Part shown: piece by piece, positions 63,952-64,000 of the stretch
Layout: the number at the start of each line of letters is the position of its first letter
How positions within the stretch are numbered: the stretch's first letter is position 1
Source: Limisphaerales bacterium
GTDB taxonomy: Bacteria > Verrucomicrobiota > Verrucomicrobiia > Limisphaerales > SIBE01
Direction of reading: 5' to 3'
Assembly: GCA_044225505.1 (NCBI GenBank)
Contig: JBGAIN010000023.1
Location: 1-64,000, forward strand
Length of the DNA: 64,000 nucleotides
Notes under the pieces: generated by a model
The model's input: only the letters and a program-made list of their open reading frames with translations
What the model was told of the DNA's origin: nothing
Databases searched by the model: none
Translations under genes and position numbers: made by a program

Positions 63952-64000
63952 TCGCTGATAACAGGGAAGTCACAGGGAGTTTATACGGCATTAACACGGA

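Overview
This is a GC-rich bacterial chromosomal segment, most likely from Verrucomicrobiota subdivision 3 (Pedosphaera/Limisphaerales-like). That placement is inferred from the PEP-CTERM protein, the PSCyt/DUF1549-DUF1553 plus DUF1501 pair, FG-GAP/ASPIC proteins and C-terminal 'SSxDLxxW...FYR' domains. Most of it is core genome: dnaG, ileS, ligA, tcdA, sua5/tsaC, ftsH, proA, waaA, a PilT/PilU-family ATPase, yceD-rpmF-plsX-fabH, leuC, a UDG-family gene, tRNA-Leu(CAG) and tRNA-Glu(CTC). These are interspersed with secreted carbohydrate-active and surface proteins. I saw no CRISPR array, integrase, transposase or rRNA. The most notable observations are: (1) a promoter-to-terminator structured RNA of about 165 nt between leuC and an HNH nuclease gene; (2) a tight proA / unknown ATP-grasp ligase / MarC / FtsH operon; (3) a lipoprotein with a single WD40 blade plus a coiled coil; (4) an orphan adenine methyltransferase split by a 1-nt frameshift; (5) repeated leaderless-mRNA promoter architecture; (6) a recurring GGTGACA-N-GTCACC palindrome; (7) a carbamoyltransferase / SxtJ / O-antigen-ligase cluster; (8) an orphan RelE-like gene behind tRNA-Glu. 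All protein family calls come from motif recognition by eye, not from database searches.
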